Part shown: positions 61,762 through 64,000 of the stretch, in pieces
Numbering within the stretch: position 1 is the first letter of the stretch
How the letters are laid out: each line of letters begins with the position of its first letter
From: Neocallimastix sp. 'constans'
Lineage: Eukaryota
Assembly: GCA_050613775.1 (NCBI GenBank)
Contig: JBODTK010000146.1
Location: 310,001-374,000, forward strand
Reading direction: 5' to 3'
DNA length: 64,000 bases
Notes under the pieces: generated by a model
What the model was told of the DNA's origin: nothing
Seen by the model: the letters and a program-made list of their open reading frames with translations, nothing else
Databases searched by the model: none
Program-made: the position numbers and the translations under genes

Positions 61762-64000
61762 AGTATAAAATATTAATATCATAATATTTATTAATGAATT
61801 TAATCAGAATTAATTATTTGTATAAATAATATAGTATAATCAAATAATAAATAAATATATTTTATTATTATTTTTACTTTTATTTTCATTTTTATTTTTA
61901 TTTTATTTTATTTTATTTTTTATTTATAGATATAATTTTATATAAATAGCATAATATAATCAGAAAGTAAATATATATTTAGTATTGTTTTATTTCATTT
62001 TATTTTTTTTTTATTTTGTTTTTTTTGTTAATGGAATAAAATATTATTTTTATTATTTTATATTTTATATAATACATTAACTAATTAACAACAACAACAA
62101 TAATTACGACTTTTTTTTTTTTTTTTTTAAATTACATAATTAGAAATTTTTAGTATTTTAATTCATGTACATGATTTAATATATAAATATATAATTAAAT
62201 TATTTTAATGTATTTAAAGATAACGTATACAAAAATATAGCATTAAATAAAAAAAATATATATATTTATTATTATTATTAATATATATTATTTAAGATAA
62301 TATTAATACTTAATTGTAAATATTTAGTTCAGAAAATACAGATATCTATATATTATATATAATATAAAATAAAGAGATATATATAATAAGCACATAACTA
62401 AGCTAACTAATACATGGTTATTACGGGATTGCTGTATTACTCAGCCTTCATATTATACTACGTAGCATAACTACATTATGATAGATTTGTTATAGAATTA
62501 GTATATATAGGAGTTTTATACTTAAATTAACAAACTACAGTATATATAGCATAAATATATAATTATATATATATACAATATATTCTTATTAAACGTATAA
62601 ATTAGCTATATTAGTGTATATTGCTATATTTAGTGCATATTTATATACGCTCCTTTTTTTTTTTTTATTTTTTTTTATTTTATTATATATATATATATAT
62701 ATAAACTAAAACTAAAATATACATATATATAGAAATTTAAAATTTTTAAAAGCTTTCAAATAGTCATTTTTTTTTTTTTTTTTTTTTTTTTAAATGATAT
62801 AATTATTTCTAATCCTTATTTTATTATTTAATTATATATATATATTTTACAAGAGCGTAATAAAAGTCTAATAAAAATGTACAAAAAAAAAATTAATATT
62901 ATCTATTTATTTATTTTTATGAAATTAATGATTAAAAATAAAAACAAATAAAATATATAATTCGAAAAGTGCATATTATATATATATATATATATTTTAT
63001 TTTTTAGGTTTTATTGTATTTATTTTTTTTTATAAAAATAAAAAAAAAAAAAAGGATACAATAGAATTTTAAAAAAAAAAAAAAAATTCATAAATTATGA
63101 GTTTAGAATAAAAAAAAATAAAAAATTATTATAATAAATGGACCATACATAAAACATTTTAATTAATTTTATTATATATATTTTATTAATATTTTTTTAT
63201 TATATATTTTATACATTAAAGAATCTTAAATCAACAAAATATATAAATTAATTATTATTTTTTAAAAAATTTGAAAAAAAATATTTTATAATTAAAAACA
63301 TATTTATATAAATCTTTTTTTTTTTTTTTTTTTTTTTTTTAATAATATTTAAAATATAAATTAATTTTTAAATTTTAAAATTTAAAAAATTATAATATAA
63401 TACAAAAAAAAAAAAAGTAATTAAATTTTATTAATAAAAAAAAAATTTTTTTTTTTTTTTTTAATTTGAAATTTATATTAAAAAAGTTTTTAATTTATTT
63501 AGGTATAATTATTGCTTTACTTTTTTTTTTATTTATTTTTATTTCAATTTTAATTTTTTTTTCTTTCTTACTCTACTAATTTAATAATAATTTAAAAAAT
63601 AGTATATATATTCTTTTGTTATAGTATTTTTATTTCTGTATCATTTTTTCTCTTATTAAGATTATTAAGTAATATTAAGTAAGTTTTATTAATATAAAGT
63701 TCTTAAAATTTAACAAATAGCTTATATATATTATTATTATTATAATATTATTTAATATATTTTTTTTATAAAAAGAAAAAAAAGTAGTAATAAATTAGAA
63801 TTTTATTTATAACAACCATATATTTAATATTAGTATATTTCAAATTAATAAAATATAATAAATATGCAGTTAATATTAGTATATCTTAAATTATTATATA
63901 ATAAATATAATAATAACACTAAATTTTAAAATGTAATATATAATCTATAATATTATTAATGTGTCATTAATTTTCATTTATAATATATATATAACAAATA

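Overview
Extremely AT-rich, gene-sparse eukaryotic DNA with GT-AG introns, long poly-A/T runs and (AAT)n microsatellites. Composition, gene density and the fungal-type proteins best fit an anaerobic gut fungus (Neocallimastigomycota); this assignment is inference. Supported genes are: the 5' end of a Cse1/exportin-2-like gene (minus strand, runs off the left edge, not in the ORF track); an intronless RING-H2 protein with four C-terminal TM segments; an 80-aa orphan ORF; two tandem-duplicated secreted RlpA-like/DPBB (loosenin/expansin-like) genes; an intronless Amt/Mep ammonium transporter; and a ~1900-aa six-exon RasGEF. Decayed mobile DNA comprises three non-LTR (LINE) fragments and a heavily deleted Ty1/copia element with an LTR remnant. 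I found no prokaryote-type system (CRISPR, defence island). The most notable signals are one-sided CpG loss in the second copy of the duplicated gene, LINE fragments at or inside the duplication, a 5' minisatellite whose copy number differs between the paralogs, an apparent GATA-rich zone upstream of the ammonium transporter, and unusual RING and RasGEF architectures. All counts and alignments were made by eye.
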